Virus record (IMG/VR): IMGVR_UViG_3300042386_000659
Span: 36,768 to 100,767 of that record
Strand: one strand, 5' to 3'
Source of the DNA: a virus
Taxonomy: Duplodnaviria > Caudoviricetes
DNA: 64,000 nucleotides
In this document: positions 19,083 to 29,000 of the stretch, piece after piece
Position numbering within the stretch: the stretch's first letter is position 1
Layout of the letters: each line of letters starts with the position of its first letter
Position numbers and translations under genes: made by a program
The notes under the pieces: model-generated
What the model was told of the DNA's origin: nothing
Seen by the model: only the letters and a program-made list of their open reading frames with translations
Databases searched by the model: none

Positions 19083-20109
19083 GCGATTTCTTTTTATGGT
19101 CAGCAACGATGTCGCAATAATTACAATCCCAACATTGGAATTTACATTTCTTTATTTTATTTCTCCATCCCTTCAATTCATCATATGGTATACCGTCCAA
19201 ATATGTTTCAGAGGTCTTGGAGAGTACTTCACTATTTGCAACATAGGAGTCAACAATTTCAATTGTTTCATCTAATCTATTAAAACTATCTCTACCGTGC
19301 ATTTTGAATACGTCAATGTACTCCAATAATTCATCAAACTCTTCTTTAAATGGTGGTATTGTGGCCGCTTTAAAAAAGAATGCATTGATTTCTTTTTCCC
19401 ATTTGTATTCACATGTTACTTTGGATATCTCATGATGAAAATATGGTAGTTCATTAGGTTGTCTAAGGTTGTTATATGAATAGTGTTCATCCATAACTGG
19501 ACATCTACCTAAACAACCTTCATTAACAAGTAATGATAGTTTTACATATCTACCTTTCTCTTCTTGATATTTTAATTGTGCTTTCTTAATGTTTTTTAAT
19601 TCTTCAACATCTCTCATTAAAATTCTATCGAGATTAATATAATCAAATCCTTGATCTGCATTATACCAAAAGTCTTGTCCTGTTGCAACTTTTCTTAATA
19701 TGGTATTTTTAATTTCCATCTCAGGAAAATGTTTCTTCAATCCCATTGCAACCCAATGACCATGTGGAATAGTTATACACCTTAAACCCTTTTCATATAA
19801 TGGTTTTAAATTGTCAACAAACAATTTGTAATTTTCGTACTTGGGTGAAACATTAATATTATTGAATGTGGCGCTTATTTTAATACCTAACGCCTTTTGT
19901 ATTATCATTGCGTTTTCAAATATAACATCTCTGTCTTCTTCTCTAAACACCGCACCCATCGCATCCTGAGTGAATGGTGGTATTCTACACGTAAAATAAA
20001 TGTCATAAATCCAATCTTTATTTCTTTCTAAGAATGGGTAAAATTTATTTACGAACATATCCTCCGTTAACATCGGATTAAACGGTATTGAAAATATTTT
20101 ATTTGTCAT
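19069..20109 (-). CDS. Peptidase U32-family (Fe-S) protein
   Basis: INLDR, LLVNEGCLGRC, FKMHGR motifs typical of the U32 family; C-terminal CxxxCxxCxxC. Confidence 0.65.
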   Translation of the reverse strand: MTNKIFSIPFNPMLTEDMFVNKFYPFLERNKDWIYDIYFTCRIPPFTQDAMGAVFREEDRDVIFENAMIIQKALGIKISATFNNINVSPKYENYKLFVDNLKPLYEKGLRCITIPHGHWVAMGLKKHFPEMEIKNTILRKVATGQDFWYNADQGFDYINLDRILMRDVEELKNIKKAQLKYQEEKGRYVKLSLLVNEGCLGRCPVMDEHYSYNNLRQPNELPYFHHEISKVTCEYKWEKEINAFFFKAATIPPFKEEFDELLEYIDVFKMHGRDSFNRLDETIEIVDSYVANSEVLSKTSETYLDGIPYDELKGWRNKIKKCKFQCWDCNYCDIVADHKKKSHGLN

Positions 20110-21107
20110 TTGGTTCCTTCTAAACAACCGCCACAAATTCCATTACATTCTGTCTTGTAAAAAACACAATCTAAACATCCTTGCGGTATTGAATAATTTT
20201 TATGGTTTTCTATATAAAGTTTATCGAATTCTTCTCTAAGACCTAATATACCATTTTCTCCTGATATTTCCAAAACATTATTAATCTTTACTTTATCTTC
20301 TAATGGATAACAATGAATAGAACTACCATCTGGAAATATGTCTAATGGCATAAACCCACAAATTGTTTCATACTCGGGGATTTTAAATGTAGCAAAATTT
20401 AATGAGTTTTCCATTACCGCACCTTTTGTTTTACCCTCCCAAAGACATGGTGGAACTTGACAATCTGATGTTATTTTAATCTCATTATAACGTCCAAATT
20501 TAAGTATTTTGGTCATCTCAACACCCATCTCTTTATTGTTGATAAGATACGTTCCAGTAAGATCTAAACCTAGTCTTATGGCGTTTATGTTACCATCTAA
20601 CTCGTGGTATAACCATTTGATGTAATCATAAAAATTTCTATCTTTCCAATCACTTGACATTGTTAATGCCAAATATAATCTTGGGTGGTTATCGAATCCC
20701 CATGTGTTAGCATAAGCCTTATAGATTTCCAAATAGTTCTTTTTAAAAACAACCATTCGGTTTTTCTCATTAAGTTCTGCGGCGTTAGGGAAAGTCCATC
20801 TAATGTTTTTAATATTATCTACAATATAATCTCTAGTTGTTTTACCAAAAAGAAAATTACTAACAAGATTTACTTTATAACCCCTGGAAAAGATATAATC
20901 CATTATTCCAATAAAATTAGAATGTTGTGTTGGTTCACCTCCAAGTATCGTGATTTCTTCGTTGTTATTATTTAGACGATAATGGTCGATAATTTTATCA
21001 ACCATTTCTATATCCATTTCTCCGAGTGTGTGTTTTAGTCTTGCGTCTTCTTTTGTGAAACAAAATGAACAACCTTTTGCGCACGTCCCGTTAATAGCTA
21101 AATTCAT
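20106..21107 (-). CDS. Radical SAM protein with C-terminal SPASM-like domain
   Basis: CAKGCSFC, ILGGEPT; C-terminal C...HCYP...CLDC...CNGICGGC. Confidence 0.88.
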   Translation of the reverse strand: MNLAINGTCAKGCSFCFTKEDARLKHTLGEMDIEMVDKIIDHYRLNNNNEEITILGGEPTQHSNFIGIMDYIFSRGYKVNLVSNFLFGKTTRDYIVDNIKNIRWTFPNAAELNEKNRMVVFKKNYLEIYKAYANTWGFDNHPRLYLALTMSSDWKDRNFYDYIKWLYHELDGNINAIRLGLDLTGTYLINNKEMGVEMTKILKFGRYNEIKITSDCQVPPCLWEGKTKGAVMENSLNFATFKIPEYETICGFMPLDIFPDGSSIHCYPLEDKVKINNVLEISGENGILGLREEFDKLYIENHKNYSIPQGCLDCVFYKTECNGICGGCLEGTK

Positions 21108-21847
21108 TAAAAATCCATTTTCAATGTGAGAGGTGTTGTTGGAATGTTTTCATCTTCCCTTTGTTGTTTGCTCAATGCAACACCAAATTTTTCGTGCTTA
21201 AGTCTGTGGCAATCTGCGATGTTTACACACGCCTTAATTCTTTCTTCTAATAGTTGTTGCTCTAATAATAGATTAGCCAGTTTAGTATTATACGCTGTTA
21301 CATTATTAATGATTTTTTGTACAAATACTGATTTTTCAATATTTCTACCAGCACATAAAATATCAATGATTGGTGTTTGATAATCTTCATCAGCAGTCCA
21401 ACCAAACGCTTCTCTTTTTTGCTCTTCCCAAGTGTCTTTCTCCAATATAGAAGCATCAACCATAAGCTCTTTGTATCTTTCAGAAAATCTATCTGCAACT
21501 ACTTTTCTCATCGCGGCTTTATTAAATGCGACGCCGGCCGCTTTGTCTTCGTCAGTAAGAAAATGTTTTACTTTTTCCGCTTCTGTTTCACTGGATTCTG
21601 CCAACTGTGGAATTTCATCCATGATATTTGAATTTGTTCTAACACTAATATAATCTTTATATATGTCAGCAAAAACAAATCCTTTAGCAACCTCTTCTGG
21701 TATAACTATTGCACCAAGTTTATTCAATTCAACTCTCATGTCGTTATACTCATCAGCTATTCTACCATAATTGTAATTTAAATACATTCCAACTACATGT
21801 ATATAACCTGGAACATTACCTTGTACTTTAAAAAGAATATGTGTCAT
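21107..21847 (-). CDS. Hypothetical protein resembling tail-fibre assembly proteins
   Basis: EKDTWEEQKREA..W.....TPIIDIL...R pattern recalled from phage tail-associated proteins; lies downstream of tail genes. Confidence 0.5.
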   Translation of the reverse strand: MTHILFKVQGNVPGYIHVVGMYLNYNYGRIADEYNDMRVELNKLGAIVIPEEVAKGFVFADIYKDYISVRTNSNIMDEIPQLAESSETEAEKVKHFLTDEDKAAGVAFNKAAMRKVVADRFSERYKELMVDASILEKDTWEEQKREAFGWTADEDYQTPIIDILCAGRNIEKSVFVQKIINNVTAYNTKLANLLLEQQLLEERIKACVNIADCHRLKHEKFGVALSKQQREDENIPTTPLTLKMDF

Positions 21848-22611
21848 TATAATAATTTTTCTGTTTCTATTTTATTTGGTTCTGTTAATTTCAATTGATT
21901 CTTTAACGACTCTTCAATTGAGAAATTATCTGTTGTAGCTTGTGACATTAATTGATTTATATTTTTATCAATAGAAATCGTGTATGCTGAAGCCAAAGTT
22001 AAAACTTGTTTTTGTTGTTCAGGGTCCATCATAAGAATTGAATCTAAGTTACCTGTACCAATTCTACCATATGAAATCATATCCAACATTGCTTGTTTAG
22101 CCATACGAACAGTCCAATATTCGTGCTCATATTTTTCTTCCAATTCTGGATTACCAAAAACATCAATTAATTTGGTACCATCGGGTAAGGTGGCATCATC
22201 TGATTCCAAATATTCCTTAATTAAATCAATAAACCCCTGTCTTTCTCTATACGCATCTTTAAGATTTCTATTAAATTTTCTTAAATCAATACGTTTATCT
22301 GCAATGGTTAAATCAACCATTTCTTTTCTTTTGGTGTCGGTAATAAATTCTTTACTTTCTTCGTCCATTTGAATTTCAAGTTCGGCCTTTCTTACTGTAT
22401 ATTCCAAATGTTCAACAGCATCTTCTCTACCTCTTAATTCCAATAACCATTGTTTTAATCTCGCATATGGAGTTATTTGTGCACCCCCAACGAAATTATA
22501 TGCCTTATATTTCGGTAATGCAAATGACATGCTTTCAGATATTTGCATTAGTTTTTCATCAAATGGGTTATTGATAAAATTAGACCTGTCGTATTTGTAA
22601 CCTTGTTCCAT
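21847..22611 (-). CDS. Hypothetical coiled-coil phage protein
   Basis: 254-aa ORF with EYWTVRMAKQAMLDMISYGRIGTGN block. Confidence 0.65.
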   Translation of the reverse strand: MEQGYKYDRSNFINNPFDEKLMQISESMSFALPKYKAYNFVGGAQITPYARLKQWLLELRGREDAVEHLEYTVRKAELEIQMDEESKEFITDTKRKEMVDLTIADKRIDLRKFNRNLKDAYRERQGFIDLIKEYLESDDATLPDGTKLIDVFGNPELEEKYEHEYWTVRMAKQAMLDMISYGRIGTGNLDSILMMDPEQQKQVLTLASAYTISIDKNINQLMSQATTDNFSIEESLKNQLKLTEPNKIETEKLL

Positions 22612-22629
22612 AATTAATTGTTTTTATAC

Positions 22630-22659
22630 AATATAGTGAAAAATATTCATAAAGTCAAA
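22630..22659 (-). promoter_or_regulatory. Putative host-type promoter (TTTGACT-N17-TATATT)
   Basis: Minus strand tTTGACT ttatgaatatttttcac TATATT upstream of 22611. Confidence 0.55.
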
Positions 22660-22661
22660 TG

Positions 22662-23771
22662 TTATCTCCAACCACAATGTCCGGATGATGTTCCGGCATT
22701 TACCACTGGAGCTAATCCGGTAACCGCATTTGATCCAGTGTCGGTTGCATATATTAATTGCCAACTAGTGTTATTTTGACCCGTTCCATCGTAATTACCT
22801 AACATATACTGCCAATCTTGTCCTAATGCTAAGTTTTCTTCTCCACAGTTTTGGTGTGGTTTAGCTACGTTACCAAGATTCGTATCTGTGGAGTTACTCC
22901 ACCTTCTTAGGTTATAACCACCATTATATGATCCCTCGTTACCGCAATATCCCTTACCGACTTTAGATGGTACACCTTTTTGTTGTGCGTGTGCGCCCCA
23001 TTGTGTTGAGGAACTTGGTGTTTCATTTGAAAAATTAAATTTTATACCCGCAGATGTTGTCCACGCATATCCAAAACTTTCATCATAAAATGCACCGGCA
23101 CCATCGTTACCGCTTATTGACGTTACACCAAATCCACTTACATAACTTTCGTTAGATAGGTTAAATTTTTCAATTGTTGTTGATCCACCCGAAATTAAAT
23201 AGGCAAACTCCGTTTCTTTTTGCATAGTTGCAACGTCACTTCTAGCAATACCTGTGTTAAATTTAGCTTGATGAGCATAGTTTGTATCATTAAACATATT
23301 GATTGCCGATGTCCGAGTTCCATGAATACTATCCGGCCCTTTCCATGCTCCATCGTCATTTACTGACCAAATAAACAATATTGTTTTATTACATGCTCCC
23401 GATGTATAAGATACTGGATAATCTAATAATTCACCAACGTGAGTTGTTTGACTTGTTGAGTTGGTTGTTTTATGAACGTTTCTCCAAGGTGATGAATCTT
23501 TATATCCACCAGCCAAATAGGTATATGATAAAACTTGTCTATATTTAAATGCTATTGGAATGGTTTCTTGTGCCGCAATTCTCTCCCATCCGTTATCAAT
23601 ATTTGATACTCCAGTATATAACATTAAGAAACTACCACTAGTGGATTCTTCCAAATATAAAGAACCAGATAATGGTGAACCAGGTCTGCTTGCTCTAACA
23701 CCTCTAGGTGGTCTATTAACCACCCTATCTGATGTTAAACTACCACTAACTTCTAAATTTTCGTATATCAT
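22662..23771 (-). CDS. Putative virion protein, paralog 3 (beta-rich repeat domain)
   Basis: Clearly similar to the two adjacent ORFs; N-terminal ENLEVSGSL, C-terminal GTSSGHCGWR. Confidence 0.7.
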   Translation of the reverse strand: MIYENLEVSGSLTSDRVVNRPPRGVRASRPGSPLSGSLYLEESTSGSFLMLYTGVSNIDNGWERIAAQETIPIAFKYRQVLSYTYLAGGYKDSSPWRNVHKTTNSTSQTTHVGELLDYPVSYTSGACNKTILFIWSVNDDGAWKGPDSIHGTRTSAINMFNDTNYAHQAKFNTGIARSDVATMQKETEFAYLISGGSTTIEKFNLSNESYVSGFGVTSISGNDGAGAFYDESFGYAWTTSAGIKFNFSNETPSSSTQWGAHAQQKGVPSKVGKGYCGNEGSYNGGYNLRRWSNSTDTNLGNVAKPHQNCGEENLALGQDWQYMLGNYDGTGQNNTSWQLIYATDTGSNAVTGLAPVVNAGTSSGHCGWR

Positions 23772-23784
23772 AATTTAATTATTT

Positions 23785-24891
23785 TTATGCTCTCCATCCA
23801 CAATGTCCAGATGATGTTCCAGCGTTTACACCGGGGTTTAATCCACTTACACTAGTTGTTCCTGTGTCTGTTGTGTAGCTAAATTTCCAACTTGTATTAT
23901 TTTGTGCTCCATCATAATTACCTAACATATATTGATGGTCTTGACCCAATGTGAAATTTTCTTCTCCGCAGTTAGGGTGCGGTTTTGAAACGTTACCAAT
24001 GTTAGTATCATTGGCGTTGCTCCATCGTCTAAGGTTGTATCCACCATTATAAGAACCTTCATTTCCAGCGTAACCTTTTCCAACTTTTGAACTAATTCCT
24101 TTTTGTTGTGAGTGTGCACCCCATTGTGTAGAAGATGCAATTGTTTCTGTTGCAAAACTCATTTTAATACCTGCCGAAGATGTCCAACCATATCCAAAGT
24201 TTTCATCAGAAAATGCAGAACCTCCATCGCCACCATCGATTGTTGATAAATGAAAACCAGTTGATATTGTTTCCGTGCTTAAATCAAATCTTTCGACGGT
24301 AGCACTACCACCAGTAAACATATATGCCACTTCTGTCTCTTTATGCATGGTTCCTAAATCACTTCTAGCAGTGGTAATATTAAACTTGGTTTGATGTGTA
24401 TATTTTGTATCATTAGCCATGTTAATTGCTGAAGTTCTAACACTATCTACACTACTAGGCCCTTTAAATGCGTTATCTGTATTAACAGACCAAACAAAAA
24501 AGATATATCTGCTACAAGCCCCTGATGTATATGATGCTGGGTAATCTAATAATTCTCCAATGTGAGTTGTCTGATCAGTAGAGTTAATTGTTTTGTGAAC
24601 ATTTTTCCAAGGGGAGGAATCTTTGTATCCACCCGCAAGAAAAGATGTGCTTATTATCTGTCTGAATTTAAATCCAACATTAGCATTTACTTGTGACGAT
24701 ACTCTAACCCAACCACTATCATTGTTACTAACACCAACATAAACCATTAAAAAACTACCACTAGTGGCTTGTTCTAAATATAAAGAACCTGTTTGTGGAC
24801 TACCTGGTCTATTTGCCCGTGACCCAACTGGTGATTTTATTACACCTTGTGCTTTTAAGGACCCACTAATTTCAATATTTTCGTGTAGCAT
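23785..24891 (-). CDS. Putative virion protein, paralog 2
   Basis: Same architecture; ends GTSSGHCGWRA. Confidence 0.7.
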   Translation of the reverse strand: MLHENIEISGSLKAQGVIKSPVGSRANRPGSPQTGSLYLEQATSGSFLMVYVGVSNNDSGWVRVSSQVNANVGFKFRQIISTSFLAGGYKDSSPWKNVHKTINSTDQTTHIGELLDYPASYTSGACSRYIFFVWSVNTDNAFKGPSSVDSVRTSAINMANDTKYTHQTKFNITTARSDLGTMHKETEVAYMFTGGSATVERFDLSTETISTGFHLSTIDGGDGGSAFSDENFGYGWTSSAGIKMSFATETIASSTQWGAHSQQKGISSKVGKGYAGNEGSYNGGYNLRRWSNANDTNIGNVSKPHPNCGEENFTLGQDHQYMLGNYDGAQNNTSWKFSYTTDTGTTSVSGLNPGVNAGTSSGHCGWRA

Positions 24892-24909
24892 ATCTTATAA
24901 ATATAATTT

Positions 24910-26049
24910 TTATGTTCTCCATCCACAATGTCCAGATGATGTTCCATCATTTACTCCTGGTGGTAGACCAGACGGATTAACAGTCCCACTATCGGTAGCA
25001 TAAACAAATTTCCAACTAGTATTTACCTGTGCACCGTCATAACAACCTAACATATATTGATGATCTTGTCCCAATGTAAAATTTTCTTCTCCGCAGTTAG
25101 GGTGCGGTTTTGAAACGTTACCTAAATTAGTTTCAGTAAAAACATTCCATCTTCTTAAATTATAACCTCCGTTATATGTTCCTTCATTTCCCGCATAACC
25201 TTTACCCACCTTTGAACTAATACCTTTTTGTTGACCGCTCGCACCCCACTGTTGATTATTTGTGAATGTATCATTTGCGAAGAATAGTTTTGTGCCACTT
25301 TGTTGTGTCCATCCATAACCATAATTCTCATCTGAAAATCCTGATGCACCAGAAGGACCACTACCTGTAATTGATGTTTCCATTGCAGTTAAAGTGTACG
25401 GTCCACCATAGTACACACTATACATCGTTTCATTTGTTAAATTAAATTTCTCAACAGCAGCCACACCAGCACCGAATATCCACGCAAACTCTGTTTCTTG
25501 ATGTAAAGTACCGCAGTCATCTCTTGCATTTGCTAAATCCCATTTTGATTGGTGAGCATATGCGGTTTCATTAACCATGTGTACACCACTAGTCCATGTT
25601 GAATGAATAGTACTATCTCCTTTAAATGTACCATCTGTGTTTGTTGACCATAGAAATAAAATACTTTTACTGCAAGCACCAGATGTATATGATGCTGGGT
25701 AATCTAATAGTTCACCTAGGTGAACCGTTTGGTCTGTTGAATTTGTTGTTCTATGAACATTCTTCCATGGTGATGCGGATTTATAACCACCAGCTAAGTA
25801 TGAGTAATTAATAACCTGTCTATACTTGAATCCTGTTCTATCTGTATTTTGTGAACCAACTGGTTCCCAACCACCATCATAATTCGACGATGCCGTATAT
25901 GTAACCACAAAACTACCACTAGTAGATTCTTCCAAATATAATGACCCAATATCAGGACTAGATGGTCTATTCGCCCTCGGTCCTCTAGGTATGATATATT
26001 GTCCACTTACATTTAATGAACCACTTACTTCAACATTCTCTCTTAACAT
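24910..26049 (-). CDS. Putative virion protein, paralog 1
   Basis: Same architecture; ends GTSSGHCGWRT; directly downstream of the tail fibre gene. Confidence 0.7.
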   Translation of the reverse strand: MLRENVEVSGSLNVSGQYIIPRGPRANRPSSPDIGSLYLEESTSGSFVVTYTASSNYDGGWEPVGSQNTDRTGFKYRQVINYSYLAGGYKSASPWKNVHRTTNSTDQTVHLGELLDYPASYTSGACSKSILFLWSTNTDGTFKGDSTIHSTWTSGVHMVNETAYAHQSKWDLANARDDCGTLHQETEFAWIFGAGVAAVEKFNLTNETMYSVYYGGPYTLTAMETSITGSGPSGASGFSDENYGYGWTQQSGTKLFFANDTFTNNQQWGASGQQKGISSKVGKGYAGNEGTYNGGYNLRRWNVFTETNLGNVSKPHPNCGEENFTLGQDHQYMLGCYDGAQVNTSWKFVYATDSGTVNPSGLPPGVNDGTSSGHCGWRT

Positions 26050-26068
26050 ATTCTATAATATACGTATT

Positions 26069-29000
26069 TTATCTTACAACTACAACCCTACCTGACCTAG
26101 AAGATGCAAAAGTTATTGTAACAACACTTGTACTTGTTGTAACGATTGATGATGGCCAGAACATATTATCTGAACTGTCATAAACAAATACTGCCACGTC
26201 TTTTGTTCCTAAACTATGTGTAACTGTTACTGATGATACACTACTGAATGTTGTTGAATATGATGAGTTAGCTGAAGTTTTTACTAAACTACCTGCAGAG
26301 TATATTGCACCAGCGGTACTAAATAAACCATCTGATGAACGTAATTCCGCCACAACGGTTGGTGATGTACTTGTGGTACCTCCTTTTTCGAATATCCAAC
26401 CATACGTATTTGCATCTTCAACAAAGAAACGACGAGCCCATGATGTTACATATGTTCCCGTTGATGCTGTTATATTACCTGTTGGTCCCGTACTTGTTGC
26501 TCCACCATTAGCCATATAGTCACACCAAGCCGTGTATGTACCAAAACTATACCAACTTAGACCATGTGCGGTATTTGCATTCCGTTCAAATGCAATTCTG
26601 GGTGTTGTTACTCTAGCAAATGTTACATTTGATGATGTTGCCACGGCTTGCCCAATTGAAACTGTTACCGAACCTGTTGTGGTATCAACACTTACACCCG
26701 TTCCCTGATTAACTGCCGTTACTTTTGCTGCGGTGTATGTTGTTGAAATTGAACTACCGTTCCATGTACCTGTTGAGATGGTACCTAATGTTGTTACAGA
26801 AGTGCTACCAGCCGCAGGTGCAAAATCACCCGTTGCACTATTTGCCGCTGTACCAAATGTTCTATATGCTAAAACATCAGTACCAATTGCCAACCCTAAA
26901 TTTGTTCTTGCTGTTGCTGCGGTTGTTGCTCCCGTTCCGCCATTAGCAATTGCAATTGTGGTACCGTTCCATGTACCACTTGTGATTGTACCGACTGTGG
27001 TTATCGCTAACGCATTTACTCTCGCTAAAGTTTCATCACCAGTATTTGTTCCTGAAGATGTACCACTATGTGTTCCGCTAAAGTTCGCGGCGGTCATATT
27101 ATAAGCAAATGTTGCAACACCTGTCGTTTGGTTTAGTGTCAACACATCAGCACCAAGTGATTCACTATAACATATATAATTGTTTGATGTTAAATTTTCT
27201 CTTAATCCAATAAACCATCTGGAAGATGCGCCTGTTTGGTAGTATATACCAACATAATTTGATGTTGAGGGTCTATTTAAATTTAATCCACCTGTTGAAA
27301 AGTTAATTGTTATTGCATTACTTGTAGAAGCCCCCCTAGTGGTAACGGTAGATAATGTCTCACTTGTTGCGTTACCATCAATTGAAACTCCTGTTAAGGT
27401 TTGCGATGCAGATGCTCTACCAAGTGATATTGACGTTGTACCAATATTAAATGATGAGTTTGCTAAATATGCATTTGCAATTGCCGTTCCATTCCATACA
27501 CCCGTTGTAATTGTACCTACAGTTGCTAAGTTAGCTAACGATGTTAAACTTGTATTTGAACTTGCCGTTATATTGGCAGCAGTTCCAGTTGTGTTTTGAT
27601 TAAAAGTTGGTACTGATGCAGTAACCGTTGTGGCATCTGCTAATGTGATTGTTACAGTTGAACTTGTGAATCCTAATGTTGATATTCTTTTGTTGTATGC
27701 TGTGTTCCAGTTTGTCGCCGAACTGATATATGCGTCTCCAATTGCAGTACCATTCCAAGTACCGCCTGTAATTGTTCCAATCGTATTAAGATTTGATAGT
27801 GATGTTAAACTTGTATTTGATGTTGCGGTTATATTAGTTGCATTTCCTTGTAATGAACCCGTAAATGCTGTTGATGTTACAGATACTAATCCAACAAGTG
27901 ATGTTGACGTTCCACCCAACGTTGTTGATGTGGAACCAATTGTAATTGTTTTATTAAGTCCTAATTGTGATCCGTCTATTTGTGATGAACCACTGACAAC
28001 ACCATCAGCATTTAATTTTGATTTAACACCCGTTGTAAATGTTGCTGATGATGTATCAATTGCAATATCATCTGCGTTTACTGTTATACCATTACCAGCA
28101 CCCACATTAATTGTCCGTGTAGATGATATATCTCCACCACCAGTTAAACCACTACCCGCAGTAATTGAAACGGTTGTGTGGTCTATGTGTTGATTTGCAA
28201 CATAATTTGTTGTTGCGTTGTGGTTTACTTGAACGGAACCACTTAAAACACCATCACTATTTAATTTTGATTTAATGGTTGTGTTAATAGATGAAGTAAA
28301 TGAATTCAATGAACCAGTACTTGATTCAACATTACCTATTCTTGTGACAGCATTATTAAATTCTGTTTCTCTAACTAATCTTTGTTCTGAACCTAATTGA
28401 CCTGCTATCCAATAATCATTTGTTCCATCCCATAATAATGAACCTGAAAGTTGGCTTACACCGGTGGTATCTTTTATTCTTAGACCAGCATTGGCCGCTC
28501 CAGCTCCATTAAGATTAATTAAATTGTTATCAACATCTAATGTTGATGTATTAACGTTTGTTGTTGTCCCTTTAACCAATAAGTTACCTCTAACGGTTAA
28601 GTTAGAACCTGTTAATTCTATTGCACTTAATAATGATGATGTGAAAGTATTTAAACTTCCAGTTGATGATTGAATTGCGGTTATATTAGGATTAATAATA
28701 TTTCCTGTGACATTTAATGTACCTGTTATTTCTGTATTTGAATTTATAGAAACTAATGTACCTGTATCTGTTATATTACTATCAGATAAATGTTCAATTC
28801 CTGTACTCTTAACAAGTCTATTTTGTGTTATGTATGATTCATTACCTAAATTATCATATGTTTCAGGACCCATTAATAAAACCGACGATGTTACCGATGC
28901 CTGATTTTGGTGTACAAATAACCATTGGTTATTTATGGAATCAAATAATATCGATCCCGATACTTGTGGAGACGAACCACTATCAATAACCGCTAACCCA

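Noticed and set aside
22662-26049. Diversity-generating retroelement template/variable repeats (near-identical stretch at ~23955-23997 and ~25082-25120)
   Set aside because: Explained by paralogy; differences are not adenine-specific and no reverse transcriptase is in the window
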